Shown here: piece by piece, positions 1 to 9,093 of the stretch
Position numbering within the stretch: position 1 is the stretch's first letter
Layout: every line of letters begins with the position of its first letter
IMG/VR virus record: IMGVR_UViG_2926647115_000001
Origin: a virus
Taxonomy: Duplodnaviria > Caudoviricetes
Strand: one strand, 5' to 3'
Length of the DNA stretch: 64,000 nucleotides
Position numbers and translations under genes: made by a program
The notes under the pieces: model-generated
What the model saw: the letters and a program-made list of their open reading frames with translations, nothing else
What the model was told of the DNA's origin: nothing
Databases searched by the model: none

Positions 1-1119
1 GTGGGCTATCGCGTCACCTGGCGCGACCCGGACACCAGAAGGAAGGACTCTCTCACCTTCGACGACCCCGAGGACGCGAAGCGGCTCAAGAAGCTCCTCG
101 ACGCCAACGGGCAGCGGCTCGTCGAAGCGCAGAAGGTGATGGCGTCGATCAAGAACCAGGTGCCCACCATCGCGGAACTCATCGAACACCACATCGAGCA
201 CCTGACCGGTGTGCAGCCCCGCACGAAACGGGATTACCGGCGCGACGCCAAGCGTCACATCAACCCCCACCTCGGTGCCATCCCGGTCGACGCTCTCGAC
301 CGGGACCGCGTGAAGCGCTGGGTGAACGACCTCACAGGCAAGATGTCGGGTAAGACGCTGGCGAACGTGCACTCCCTGTTGTCCGCTGCGCTCCAGGAGA
401 GCATCCCGAAGTGGCGCGAGGACAACCCGGCGAAGGGCATCCGCATGCCCCAGCACGTGCCCGAGGAAGCGGTCTTCCTGACCCCCGGCGAGTTCAACCT
501 CCTGCTCGCCAAGGTGCGAGCCCCATACCGGCTCTTCATCAAGTTCCTCGCCTCCACCGGCCTCCGTTGGGGTGAGGCCGTCGTGCTCACCCCGGACGAC
601 TTCAACCTCCTCAACCCCACGCCCACCGTGCGGGTCTCGAAGGCCCTCAAGGAGGATGCGAACGGCCGCGACGTCGTCGGCGTCCCGAAGAGCCGAAAGA
701 GCGTGCGGACCGTCTCACTACCGGCGTCGCTAGTCCCAGAGCTATCCCTGGAGATGATCGGCAAGGCCAGCGACGACCTGGTGTTCACCGGGCCGCAGGG
801 CGGCCAACTTCGCAACAACCACTTCTGGGAGCGGGTGTGGCTACCCGCCGTCAACGCGGCGAACGCCGACATCGACAAGCAAGGACGGCCGTTCCCCCGG
901 GAACTGCGGCTGAACAAGAACCCGCGGATCCACGACCTCCGGCACACGCACGCTTCCTGGATGATCGCGGCCGGTGTGGACCTTCCAACCCTGCAGCGCA
1001 GGCTTGGACACGAGTCCATCAAGACGACCGTGGACCGGTACGGGCACCTGCTGCCGGACCAGCTCAAGAAGGCCGCGGAAGCGGCCGAGGCCACGCTCAG
1101 CGGCGCGCTCGCGGGCTGA
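1..1119 (+). CDS. int: Tyrosine integrase
   Basis: TGLRWGE, HDLRHTHAS and LGHESIKTTVDRYGH catalytic R-H-R-H-Y motifs; N-terminal arm-binding-like YRVTWRDP; true start may lie left of the window. Confidence 0.95.
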   Translation: MGYRVTWRDPDTRRKDSLTFDDPEDAKRLKKLLDANGQRLVEAQKVMASIKNQVPTIAELIEHHIEHLTGVQPRTKRDYRRDAKRHINPHLGAIPVDALDRDRVKRWVNDLTGKMSGKTLANVHSLLSAALQESIPKWREDNPAKGIRMPQHVPEEAVFLTPGEFNLLLAKVRAPYRLFIKFLASTGLRWGEAVVLTPDDFNLLNPTPTVRVSKALKEDANGRDVVGVPKSRKSVRTVSLPASLVPELSLEMIGKASDDLVFTGPQGGQLRNNHFWERVWLPAVNAANADIDKQGRPFPRELRLNKNPRIHDLRHTHASWMIAAGVDLPTLQRRLGHESIKTTVDRYGHLLPDQLKKAAEAAEATLSGALAG

Positions 1120-1135
1120 CTGATCCCCACTGCCG

Positions 1136-1165
1136 AGAGCCCCTGCACACGGGTGCAGGGGCTCT
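1136..1165. terminator. Intrinsic terminator hairpin between convergent genes
   Basis: AGAGCCCCTGCAC-acgg-GTGCAGGGGCTCT, perfect 13-bp stem just after the int stop. Confidence 0.75.
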
Positions 1166-1179
1166 GGCGTCTTCGGGGG

Positions 1180-1437
1180 TCAGGCGTCGCCGCGCCACTG
1201 GCCGTCGTACCAGCCGGCATCCGGGTCCGGTGGCAGGTCCTCGTCGTAGGCCGAGGCGATCAGCGCGAGGCCGAGCGCGTAGCGCTGCACTGCTGGCATC
1301 GATCCAACGTCCTGGCCATCGATCTCAAGGTTCCCGCCGACGACGCGGGCCCAGCGTTCGCCGCGGATGACCCACAGCGGCGGCCAGCTGTCGGGCCGAC
1401 ACTCGGGCAGGGTGATAGTGATCTTCTTCTCAGACAT
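1180..1437 (-). CDS. Hypothetical protein
   Basis: 85 aa ORF with protein-like composition, downstream of the TetR gene. Confidence 0.55.
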   Translation of the reverse strand: MSEKKITITLPECRPDSWPPLWVIRGERWARVVGGNLEIDGQDVGSMPAVQRYALGLALIASAYDEDLPPDPDAGWYDGQWRGDA

Positions 1438-1467
1438 GGGTACGCACCCTACGGCGGTGCGGCGCCC

Positions 1468-2067
1468 CTACGCGGCCGCGTGCACCCCGTACTTAACCGC
1501 CGCCAAACGGGCCTCGAGCCCGTCGACCAGCAGCTGCACGCCTTCGCGGAACTGGGCCGTGCCGTCGACCTCGACGGACGCGACGTCGGCCACCGCCTCC
1601 TCCACGAGCACCAACGAGCAGAGCGAGCTGACAACCCGGCATGCCTGCCGCTCCGGCTCGCGGAACCCGGCCGCGTCGAGGACCCGGACGGCCGGGCCAC
1701 GGATGCCCTCCGGCAGGGATCCGCACGCGGCCTGGGCAGCGAGGTGGCGGGCGACGCCTCGGATGGGCACCAGCCGCTCCTCCAGCACCTCGGCCGCCTG
1801 CCGGATCCAGTCCTGCCACGAGTCGGCCTCCGCGGGGACGGGGATCTTGTCGACGATCGCTTCGACCACCTGGCGCACCACCTCAGCGCGGTCCCCGACG
1901 TGGTGGTAGATGACCGCCGGGTAGGCGCCGATGGCCTCCGCCAGGGCCCTGACCGTCCAGCGGTCCACCCCGCCGGAGTTGACCGTCAACTCGACGGCGG
2001 CCTCCACAATCCGGTCCGCGGATAGCCCCTTCTGGACGCGGGACTGTCCGAGCAGGTTGCTGGTCAT
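1468..2067 (-). CDS. TetR/AcrR-family regulator
   Basis: LSADRIVEAAVEL...WTVRALAEAIGAYPAVIYHHV TetR HTH; F..G..L..DG C-terminus; GGAAGGAAG RBS. Confidence 0.88.
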   Translation of the reverse strand: MTSNLLGQSRVQKGLSADRIVEAAVELTVNSGGVDRWTVRALAEAIGAYPAVIYHHVGDRAEVVRQVVEAIVDKIPVPAEADSWQDWIRQAAEVLEERLVPIRGVARHLAAQAACGSLPEGIRGPAVRVLDAAGFREPERQACRVVSSLCSLVLVEEAVADVASVEVDGTAQFREGVQLLVDGLEARLAAVKYGVHAAA

Positions 2068-2384
2068 GGCACTTCCTTCCAGGGGTTGTCGGCGCCTGCC
2101 GCCCCACGGGGTTGTTTCGGCCGGAGGTGTGGTTGCGCAAGACGTCGTTGAGTTCGTCGATCACCTGTTTCGCAACCAGGTGGCCGACCGCAACCTAAGT
2201 TGATCACCAGTGAGAAGGTTAGCTCGCCGCTCAGGGTGTTCACCTTGAGGTGGGTGACCTTCTCGCCGCGCGGGAGCAGCGCGTGGTAGTCGGCCAGGAA
2301 TTCGCTCTGGAGCCCGGGTTCGTTACGGATCAGGTCCACGGGGAGGTAGATCCGGGTTGTCCTGCGGGGCGCCACCGTCCCCAT
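2064..2384 (-). CDS. Hypothetical protein (doubtful 3' half)
   Basis: ATG with AGGA RBS; stop overlaps the TetR start (ATGA); 3' half overlaps GCAAC operator-like motifs. Confidence 0.3.
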   Translation of the reverse strand: MGTVAPRRTTRIYLPVDLIRNEPGLQSEFLADYHALLPRGEKVTHLKVNTLSGELTFSLVINLGCGRPPGCETGDRRTQRRLAQPHLRPKQPRGAAGADNPWKEVP

Positions 2385-2447
2385 CGTCCTGTTCCGGGTC
2401 GGCTGCGAGCCGCCCACCGCCCTGCACTGTAGGGTCCCCGGCCGGGT

Positions 2448-2723
2448 TCAGGGGCGACGGTCCGGCCGGGGACCCAACCCCTCGATCATGATGGGCGGAT
2501 CCACCCGGTCGGCGTGCACGTCCAGCTCCGCCGCGACCTCACGCAGCAGGTTCGACATCTCCCGCAGCTCGGCGGGCGGGAAGGTGCCGTGAGCCTCCTG
2601 GTGCCGCTGGAGCCGGTCCAGCACGTGCCCCATGCCATCCGCCATCGTGCGCAACATCGCGAGAAGCCGGAACTCCTCGACAGCGACGTCGTCCACCCCG
2701 CGCACGACCGGGTCTCGCCTCAC
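2448..2723 (-). CDS. Hypothetical helical protein
   Basis: GTG start overlapping the upstream stop (GTGA); amphipathic helical sequence. Confidence 0.5.
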   Translation of the reverse strand: MRRDPVVRGVDDVAVEEFRLLAMLRTMADGMGHVLDRLQRHQEAHGTFPPAELREMSNLLREVAAELDVHADRVDPPIMIEGLGPRPDRRP

Positions 2724-3046
2724 ACCGCGCCCACGAGTGCGCGCGGCAGCGTCCCGCTGTGCCCCAACCACACGACCTGCCGGCCCGGGGTGCGTTGGAC
2801 CGGTACGGGCTGGCTTTCCCACGACACACACCCCGGGCAGCGGTCGGTGTGCAGGCGCAGGAACGACAGGCGATAGCGCTCGTGCTCGATCGTGTAGCGC
2901 CACTCCTTGTCGGCGCACACGGGCGTCAGCACGGCGCATGCCGGGGTGGCCAGTTCAGCCCGCCGGTAGCGGTGGACAAGACCGTCTTCGTGGTAGCGGC
3001 GCAGCTCGGTGGCCGGCCCGTAGTCGATCTGGAGGCGCGCGCTCAC
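2720..3046 (-). CDS. Hypothetical protein with H/C and CPGC motif (possible zinc finger)
   Basis: GLVH...PAC...RCPGC pattern; divergent from the XRE regulator. Confidence 0.5.
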   Translation of the reverse strand: MSARLQIDYGPATELRRYHEDGLVHRYRRAELATPACAVLTPVCADKEWRYTIEHERYRLSFLRLHTDRCPGCVSWESQPVPVQRTPGRQVVWLGHSGTLPRALVGAV

Positions 3047-3149
3047 GACTCGCCCCGCAACGCTGCGACGGCTGGACGGCGGAACGTCCGGTTGATCTCC
3101 ACTCCCCCAGCTTTGAGGTGAGGGCCTCGCCGCTACAGGGCATCGAATC

Positions 3150-3190
3150 GGGATGTCAAGGGGAGCATTTGGGGAGGGTTGCGGGGAGGT
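3150..3190 (-). promoter_or_regulatory. Regulatory motif shared with 8039-8070, containing TTGACA on the - strand
   Basis: GGGATGTCAAGGGGAG and GGGGAGGGTTGCGGG occur at both sites. Confidence 0.55.
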
Positions 3191-3257
3191 TCCCGACTAC
3201 CGGCTGGCTACCAAGAGTGTCAAACTGCGTACAACCAACAGCCAGCCCGGAGTCTGC

Positions 3258-4580
3258 ATGACGACCGAACCGAACGACCGCCTCCGCCGAGCGCGGGAGA
3301 GCGTCGAGTCGCCCAACGCCACAGGTCAACCCCTGTCCCGGCAGGAGCTCGCCGACCTCATCAACGAGTGGATGCACGTCCACAAGAACCGCGTGGTGGA
3401 GCTGGACGCCAACTACATCGGCAAGCTGGAGAAGGGCACGATCCGCTGGCCGCAGGACCCGGACCGTCGCGAAGCGTTCCGCTCCGTGCTCGGAGCGTCC
3501 ACGGACGCCGAACTCGGGTTCCAACGCCCCCGCCGGTCCCGCTCTACCGTGACGGGCGTGGACCGACAGCAGTTCCTTCGCGCAGCAGTAGGCGTGACCG
3601 CCGGAGCCGCACTCTCCAGGATGCCCCTCGCCGATTTCCTCGCCCCCACGCAGCGGAGCATCGTGCCAGCCAGCATCGGCTTCGAGCACGTCGACGAAGT
3701 CCGAACCGCCGCGGCTGCCTTCGGATCCTGGGACGCCACCTACGGGGGAGGTCTCGTCCGCGAGGCCGTCACCGCGCAGCTCATCCACTGCGCCGAACTA
3801 CTCAACGCCCGCTGCGCGCCCGCGGTGCGCCGTGAGATCCACTCAGCGGTGGGGTACCTCGCGCATGTGTGCGGTTTCATGGCCTTCGATGCCTACGCCC
3901 ACGAGGACGCGCGCAAGATGTTCCGCTTCGCCCTGTGGTGCGCCGAGGAAGCCGGCGACTGGCACTTGCGCGCGAAGGTCTTGTCCTCGATGGCTCGGCA
4001 GGCGATCTGGTGCGGTGATCCCGATGAGGGCCTGACCCACACCGAGATGGCGCTCGTGCGCGCCGACCGGCTCACCCCAACCGAGCAGGCGATGCTGCAC
4101 ACCGCCCGCGCCCGCGCCCTGGCCAAGCTCGGCCGCGTCGAAGAGACCGCGGCCGCCGTCGGCGTTGCCGACGACGCGTTCTCCCGCAGCCAACCGGACA
4201 ACGACCCCCCGTGGATGGCCTACTACGACCACGCCCAGCACGCCGGGGACACCGGGCACGCGCTATGGGACACCGCGATCCGCGGCCACTTCGGCAGCGA
4301 GGCCCGCAACCGCCTCGCCCTCGCCGTGGCCGGCCACGACGACGGGCACGCCCGCTCGCGCGCGATCTCGCAGATCAAGTTGGCCTCGCTCGTGATGGCC
4401 ACCGGCGATCCCGCCGAAGCCGCGGCGCTCGGCTCGCAGGCGCTCGACTGGGCGGGACCGATCAAGTCCCGGCGGGCCGCGGATGACCTACGCGAACTCC
4501 GCCGGGTCGCCCACCGCCACCCAGGCGAGGAGGGCACGGCCGAGTTGGTGTCGAGGATCGGCCGAGCGGTGGCCGTGTGA
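3258..4580 (+). CDS. XRE-family HTH regulator with TPR-like helical C-terminus
   Basis: NDRLRRARE...LSRQELADLIN...YIGKLEKGTIRWP HTH; DRQQFL, YGGG and PPWMAYYD motifs typical of actinomycete XRE-TPR regulators. Confidence 0.85.
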   Translation: MTTEPNDRLRRARESVESPNATGQPLSRQELADLINEWMHVHKNRVVELDANYIGKLEKGTIRWPQDPDRREAFRSVLGASTDAELGFQRPRRSRSTVTGVDRQQFLRAAVGVTAGAALSRMPLADFLAPTQRSIVPASIGFEHVDEVRTAAAAFGSWDATYGGGLVREAVTAQLIHCAELLNARCAPAVRREIHSAVGYLAHVCGFMAFDAYAHEDARKMFRFALWCAEEAGDWHLRAKVLSSMARQAIWCGDPDEGLTHTEMALVRADRLTPTEQAMLHTARARALAKLGRVEETAAAVGVADDAFSRSQPDNDPPWMAYYDHAQHAGDTGHALWDTAIRGHFGSEARNRLALAVAGHDDGHARSRAISQIKLASLVMATGDPAEAAALGSQALDWAGPIKSRRAADDLRELRRVAHRHPGEEGTAELVSRIGRAVAV

Positions 4581-5470
4581 CTGGCCGCGAGGACACCAGC
4601 CGCGCGGTCCTCACCGCGGCAGTCGCCGCGGCCGGGCTTTCCGCAGCAGGCGCGGAGCCGATCCGGTTCGGGGAGAACGACCTGTGGCGGCTGCCGGGCG
4701 GGCTCGTCGCGCGGATCGCTCGAGCTGGCCAGGCCACCGCGGCCGCGAAGGAAGTCGCGGTGGCGCGCTGGCTTGAGGACAACGGGGTGGACGCGGTGCG
4801 CCTCGCGCCGGGCGTCGACCAGCCGGTATCTGTGGATGGCCGCGCTGTCACGTTCTGGCTGGAGCTTCCGCCGCACGAGGCCGGCACGGTCGCCGACGTC
4901 GCGGTCGCCCTGCGGCAGGTGCACAAACTGGCCCCGCCGACGGGGTTCCAGCTGCCGAGGCTGGACCCGTTCGTGCGGCTGGCGCAACGCATCGACGGCG
5001 CCACCACGGGGACGGACGACGACCGGGCCTGGTTGAACCGGCAGCTCGCGTCGCTTCGCGACCGCTTCACCACGCTGCCCGAAGGGTTGCCTCACGGGGT
5101 GGTGCACGGCGACGCCTGGCGCGGCAACATTGCCCGCACCCGGGATGGGCGGGTGATCCTGCTCGACCTCGAACGGTGCGCACTCGGGCCGCCGGAATGG
5201 GATCTCGTGTCGACGGCCGTGTCCCGGGTGACCACCGGCTGGCTGTCCGAGGCGGACTGGGCGGCCTACTGCGACGCGTACGGCCAGGACGTCACGCGGT
5301 GGGCGGGGTTCGAGACGCTACGGGACATCCGCGAGCTGCGCATGACGCTGATGGCCTGCCAGCTCGCGGCGGAGAACCCGCGGTACAGCGCCCAGGCCGC
5401 GCACCGTGTCGCCTGCCTCCGCGGGCTGCACGGTGCGCGGCCCTGGGCTGGATGGACAGCCGTTCCGTGA
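4577..5470 (+). CDS. APH/choline-kinase-like phosphotransferase
   Basis: HGDAWRGN catalytic loop, LLDLE Mg-binding motif, GPPEWDL; coupled to the XRE gene. Confidence 0.88.
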   Translation: MTGREDTSRAVLTAAVAAAGLSAAGAEPIRFGENDLWRLPGGLVARIARAGQATAAAKEVAVARWLEDNGVDAVRLAPGVDQPVSVDGRAVTFWLELPPHEAGTVADVAVALRQVHKLAPPTGFQLPRLDPFVRLAQRIDGATTGTDDDRAWLNRQLASLRDRFTTLPEGLPHGVVHGDAWRGNIARTRDGRVILLDLERCALGPPEWDLVSTAVSRVTTGWLSEADWAAYCDAYGQDVTRWAGFETLRDIRELRMTLMACQLAAENPRYSAQAAHRVACLRGLHGARPWAGWTAVP

Positions 5471-5473
5471 TGG

Positions 5474-6610
5474 TCAGGACGGCAGGGGCCAGCTCAGCGG
5501 GCCGTGCGGGTCGTCAATCCACAGTCGGTGCTCCCCGTCGCCCGTCACCGTGAGCCCGAGCCGGTCCCAGCCGGGCCGGTCCGCGTCGAGCCACAACCGG
5601 TAGGCGCGCTCGACCGGCCCCCATACGTCGGTGTCTCCGGCCTCGGTGACGGTGTCGCCGGACAGGTCGATCGACGCCCAGGACCCGTCCGGCGCGGTCA
5701 GGGTCGCCGCGGACGGTTCGCGCGTGTCCTGGTCGAGCACCATGCCGTACACCACGCCTCGGGGCAGTTCGAGCTGTGCCAGGAACCACACGACCGGGAT
5801 GTCCCGCCAGGGCTGCGCGGGTCCCGGCTGGCGGCGCCGCTCACGTCCGCCGTTCGCCCGGGCAACGGCCGGTTGAACCGCGTCGTCGTGGCGCATCTGC
5901 ATGAACGAGGCCCGCCGCGCGAGGAACCGGCCCTCCACCACGTCACCCATCTGTTGCAGGTGCACGAGGTTGCCGGCGCTGATCGCGAGCTTGAAATCGG
6001 TCAAGACCGTGCCATTCGCAGCGACCTGCTCGACCCACGCGCGCGGGATCGCCGGGACGGCGCAGGTGGCGATGATTCGATCGAACGGGGCGTGACTGGG
6101 AAGCCCGCCGTCCCCATCCGTCGCGGCCAGCGTCGGCCGGTAGCCGATCGATTCCAGACGGCCGCGCGCCCCGTCGACCAGGTCACGGTCGATGTCCACG
6201 CTGCACACGTTGCGGTCGCCCAACCGATGGCACATCAGGGCCGCGTTGTAGCCGGTGCCGGTGCCGACCTCCAGCACCCGGTCACCCGGCTGCGGGTCGA
6301 GGACGGCCAGCATCCGCATCATCAGCGTCGGGTTGGTGCTGGAGGACACCGGTTCCTGGTAGCCGCCGCGGTCTGCCAGCGCGGTGACGAGCGTGTTCGG
6401 CGAGTAGACGCGGGCCAGGTTGTCCGCGCCGTCCCAGGAGATCCACCGACCGGTGTGGTCCTGGTCGTACACGCGGGGGGTGAACACGTGTCGCGGCACC
6501 TCGACCATCGCCGCGTGCCATTCGGGCGAGTCGATGTCGCCGTGCTCCCACAGCAGGTCGGCCAGGCGCTGCGCGTGACCGCGCCAGTCGAGCTGTTCGG
6601 TCGTCGTCAC
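5474..6610 (-). CDS. tgmC: PIMT-like methyltransferase of an ATP-grasp RiPP system (aspartimide-forming type)
   Basis: VPRHVF, SSSTNP, VLEVGTGTGYNAA and FDRIIATC PIMT motifs plus extended C-terminal domain; GTGA overlap with the ATP-grasp gene. Confidence 0.9.
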   Translation of the reverse strand: MTTTEQLDWRGHAQRLADLLWEHGDIDSPEWHAAMVEVPRHVFTPRVYDQDHTGRWISWDGADNLARVYSPNTLVTALADRGGYQEPVSSSTNPTLMMRMLAVLDPQPGDRVLEVGTGTGYNAALMCHRLGDRNVCSVDIDRDLVDGARGRLESIGYRPTLAATDGDGGLPSHAPFDRIIATCAVPAIPRAWVEQVAANGTVLTDFKLAISAGNLVHLQQMGDVVEGRFLARRASFMQMRHDDAVQPAVARANGGRERRRQPGPAQPWRDIPVVWFLAQLELPRGVVYGMVLDQDTREPSAATLTAPDGSWASIDLSGDTVTEAGDTDVWGPVERAYRLWLDADRPGWDRLGLTVTGDGEHRLWIDDPHGPLSWPLPS

Positions 6611-7563
6611 TGGTGGGGCCCTTTCGTGAGGAGGTCGGCGAGCTGCGCGGTGATCGGCGCCCCGGTGGCGTCCTCGATCCAGCCATACTGGCCGCCCGCG
6701 TTCACCTCGAGGAAGGTCCATTCCCCGTCCGGCCCTATGACGAAGTCGAGCGCGCCGTAGACGAGGCCGAGTTCGCGCATCATGCAGAGGACCGCGCCGC
6801 GCACCGCGTCCGGGGGCTCGATCAGCTCGTAAGTGTTGGTGTCGTAGCCGTCCCGCCAGTCGATGTATGCGGCGGCGGTATGTGCATGAATGGCGGCTGT
6901 GGTGATCTGGTCGCCCACGACGAACATGCGCGCCTCGTGCCGCTTCGCCGCCCAGTGCTGGAACTGGTGCGCGGTGTGCTCCACACCGCGCAAATCCGCG
7001 AGGTGGGCTTCGGTGACCGGTTCGGTGCGCGCCACCTTCCGGATGCCGTCCTCCACGATGGACACCGCGCCGAGCATCTTCGTCACCGTGCGCGCTTCTC
7101 CGGCGAACTCGCGCACCGCATCAGGTTCGTTGGTGATCAGCGTGTCGGGCACGCGCACTCCGCAGCGCGCGGCCGCCGCCAGCTGCACCGGCTTGTACGC
7201 GGAGTCCGCGAGCCGCGCCGGGTGGTTGACCCACAGGACCGGCAACGCCATCAACACACCGGCGAGCCCGTACTTGGCCTCGACCTTGGCGTGCCCAAGC
7301 TCGACCTCGTTGAGGCCAGCGGGGAACCGGTAGGGCTTCGGGGAGCGGTACCAGACTGCGTCGATCGTGTCGAGTTCGACCGTGCGGTGCTCGGTGCGGA
7401 GCTGGCCGGCCCAGCGACCCCCACGCAGCCGGGCCGACAGACTCAGCTGCGTGGGGAAACGCTGGGTGTCCAGCCGATGCACCTCGACCCCGCGGTCACC
7501 CAGCTCGACGACCATCGCGTCGGCGCACGGGTCCCGCTCGTCGGCCAAGATCAGGATGGACAT
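6607..7563 (-). CDS. tgmB: ATP-grasp RiPP (graspetide) macrocyclase
   Basis: WVNHP...AYKPVQL, VPDTLITN, FQ...K..EAR, DWR, YGALDF and FLEVNAGGQYGW motifs. Confidence 0.93.
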   Translation of the reverse strand: MSILILADERDPCADAMVVELGDRGVEVHRLDTQRFPTQLSLSARLRGGRWAGQLRTEHRTVELDTIDAVWYRSPKPYRFPAGLNEVELGHAKVEAKYGLAGVLMALPVLWVNHPARLADSAYKPVQLAAAARCGVRVPDTLITNEPDAVREFAGEARTVTKMLGAVSIVEDGIRKVARTEPVTEAHLADLRGVEHTAHQFQHWAAKRHEARMFVVGDQITTAAIHAHTAAAYIDWRDGYDTNTYELIEPPDAVRGAVLCMMRELGLVYGALDFVIGPDGEWTFLEVNAGGQYGWIEDATGAPITAQLADLLTKGPHQ

Positions 7564-7565
7564 GG

Positions 7566-7892
7566 TCAGTCGTTGTGCCAGTCCTCGGAGGGGTCTCCCT
7601 CGTCGCCGTCCTGGCTGCCGGTGGTGATGGCGGTGGGCGGCCCCATCTCGATCAGCGGACGGCCTTCATACACCCGGACCTGCCGAACCGGGTCGTAGGT
7701 GCCGCCCGGCGACGCGGGCGTACTCGACGCAGGGACGGGGCTCATGCGTCGCAAGCCCCACGGCCGGAGATCGTCCTCCGACGGCTTGTCACGGGTGGTG
7801 AAGGAGCCGCGGGACAGGGGGAACTGGGCGCTGCTGCCGGCCATGGGGTCCTCGGTGAACCGCTCGTGCTCGGTGGTGCTGGCCAACTGCAT
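7566..7892 (-). CDS. tgmA: Graspetide precursor peptide (108 aa)
   Basis: GGAGG RBS; leader motifs RPWGLR and YDPVRQ; Thr/Asp-rich core PPTAITTGSQDGDEGDPSEDWHND; directly upstream of the ATP-grasp gene. Confidence 0.88.
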   Translation of the reverse strand: MQLASTTEHERFTEDPMAGSSAQFPLSRGSFTTRDKPSEDDLRPWGLRRMSPVPASSTPASPGGTYDPVRQVRVYEGRPLIEMGPPTAITTGSQDGDEGDPSEDWHND

Positions 7893-8038
7893 CTGTCCTC
7901 CAGGGGTGTGGTTGGAAGCCCGTGCTCGCGCATGGTTCGGGGCGACGCGCGAGCACGGGCAGCTCGGGGGCGTGGCAGGTGACCTGCCTACACCTCCACA
8001 CTGCTGGACCGGTGGTGGTTCGAGGAGGGAAGACACCT

Positions 8039-8070
8039 GGGATGTCAAGGGGAGGGTTGCGGGAGGGTTG
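8039..8070 (-). promoter_or_regulatory. Putative promoter/operator of the RiPP operon
   Basis: TTGACA on the - strand; GGGAGGGTTG direct repeats; near-identical to 3150-3190. Confidence 0.55.
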
Positions 8071-8152
8071 ACGACAACCACGAGAGGTAGAACGTCTGTT
8101 CGACGCGGTGTACGTTGTACCCCGAGAGAGCGTTGTCAAACCCTATTTGGGC

Positions 8153-8177
8153 ACTTTCGCACGATCGTGCCGAAAGT
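8153..8177. promoter_or_regulatory. Palindromic operator candidate
   Basis: ACTTTCGCACGATCGTGCCGAAAGT is a near-perfect dyad in an AT-richer divergent intergenic region. Confidence 0.4.
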
Positions 8178-8353
8178 CACCTGAAAGATAGTTAGGATAG
8201 CTACGCTCTTGGGTGATCCCTGGCCGGGCGCGATGTTGTCGCCCCACTTCGACCGCGCCCGGCTGGGGGTCCCGACACATGTCCGTGCCACCCTCCCCGA
8301 CGGATCGCTCACCAGCAGCGCCACTACACCAATCGGGTATAGTCACTGACACG

Positions 8354-8830
8354 ATGACAGAGATCGACCGCATCGAGCGCGAACTCGAACAACTCGGCGA
8401 GCTGCGACGCTCGCTCAAGGAGCGTGCCGACGAGCAGCTGGAAAAGCTGCACATGGTCGCCGACGAGGCCTTCTCGCTGGGCATGGACTACATGGAAGTC
8501 CACGAGAACACGAAGATCACGAAGGTCGCGGCCTGGCAGTGGGAGAAGGAGTTCAAGGCGCGGGGCATCAGTCTCCCGGCGATGCGCTCCCTACGGGAAG
8601 TCACCGACGAGCTGATCAGCGTCGGCGCGCTGTGGCGCGAGCTCGACGACCAGTTCGAGAAGGCCACCGCGAGCCTCAAGCAGGCCGTTGTTGAAGCCGC
8701 GCACCACGACTTGCCGAAGAAGAAGGTCGCCCGGCTCGCCCAGATCAACCGCGGCACCCAACGCGTGTGGGTCGAAGGCGGCGACTGGAACCCCGCCCGC
8801 GGGCGGAAAGCACCGGCCGGCGGGCAATAA
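8354..8830 (+). CDS. Protein with two tandem coiled-coil/HTH-like units
   Basis: Two similar halves (EAFSLGMDYMEVHENTKITKVAAWQW / EAAHHDLPKKKVARLAQINRGTQRVW); TATAGT -10-like box upstream. Confidence 0.7.
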   Translation: MTEIDRIERELEQLGELRRSLKERADEQLEKLHMVADEAFSLGMDYMEVHENTKITKVAAWQWEKEFKARGISLPAMRSLREVTDELISVGALWRELDDQFEKATASLKQAVVEAAHHDLPKKKVARLAQINRGTQRVWVEGGDWNPARGRKAPAGGQ

Positions 8831-8832
8831 AA

Positions 8833-8861
8833 GAGGCGGGCCCCGCAACAGGACCCGCCTC
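8833..8861 (+). terminator. Hairpin after the 8354-8830 gene
   Basis: GAGGCGGG...CCCGCCTC inverted repeat right after the stop. Confidence 0.55.
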
Positions 8862-9043
8862 TCCAACCACATCACCACGAACGCGGCGCCCCCGCACACG
8901 CGCACCGGTTGTCATCGTAGCAGCACAACAGCGCAACATGTGGCGCAACACCCGCCGAATGGCGTATTGCCCGCCGCAACACCTGTGGCATCCTAGATGC
9001 CGTTGCCGCAACTGATACCCCCTCAGGAGAGCAACAACCCCCG

Positions 9044-9078
9044 GAGCCCCCGGCGCGTCAGCGACGCGCCGGGGGTTC
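9044..9078 (-). terminator. Terminator of the late/lysis operon
   Basis: CCCCCGGCGCGTC-agc-GACGCGCCGGGGG perfect 13-bp stem just past the holin stop. Confidence 0.75.
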
Positions 9079-9093
9079 TCTCATGCCTGGGCC

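Noticed and set aside
712-747. Rare-codon cluster in int (TCA CTA...CTA...CCA...CTA)
   Set aside because: Too short to tell from noise without a codon-usage calculation
1-1180. att site or tRNA target
   Set aside because: No tRNA-like sequence or duplicated core seen; att probably lies left of position 1
4577-5470. Aminoglycoside resistance gene
   Set aside because: Only generic APH-fold motifs; coupling to an XRE-TPR regulator is typical of uncharacterised actinomycete kinases
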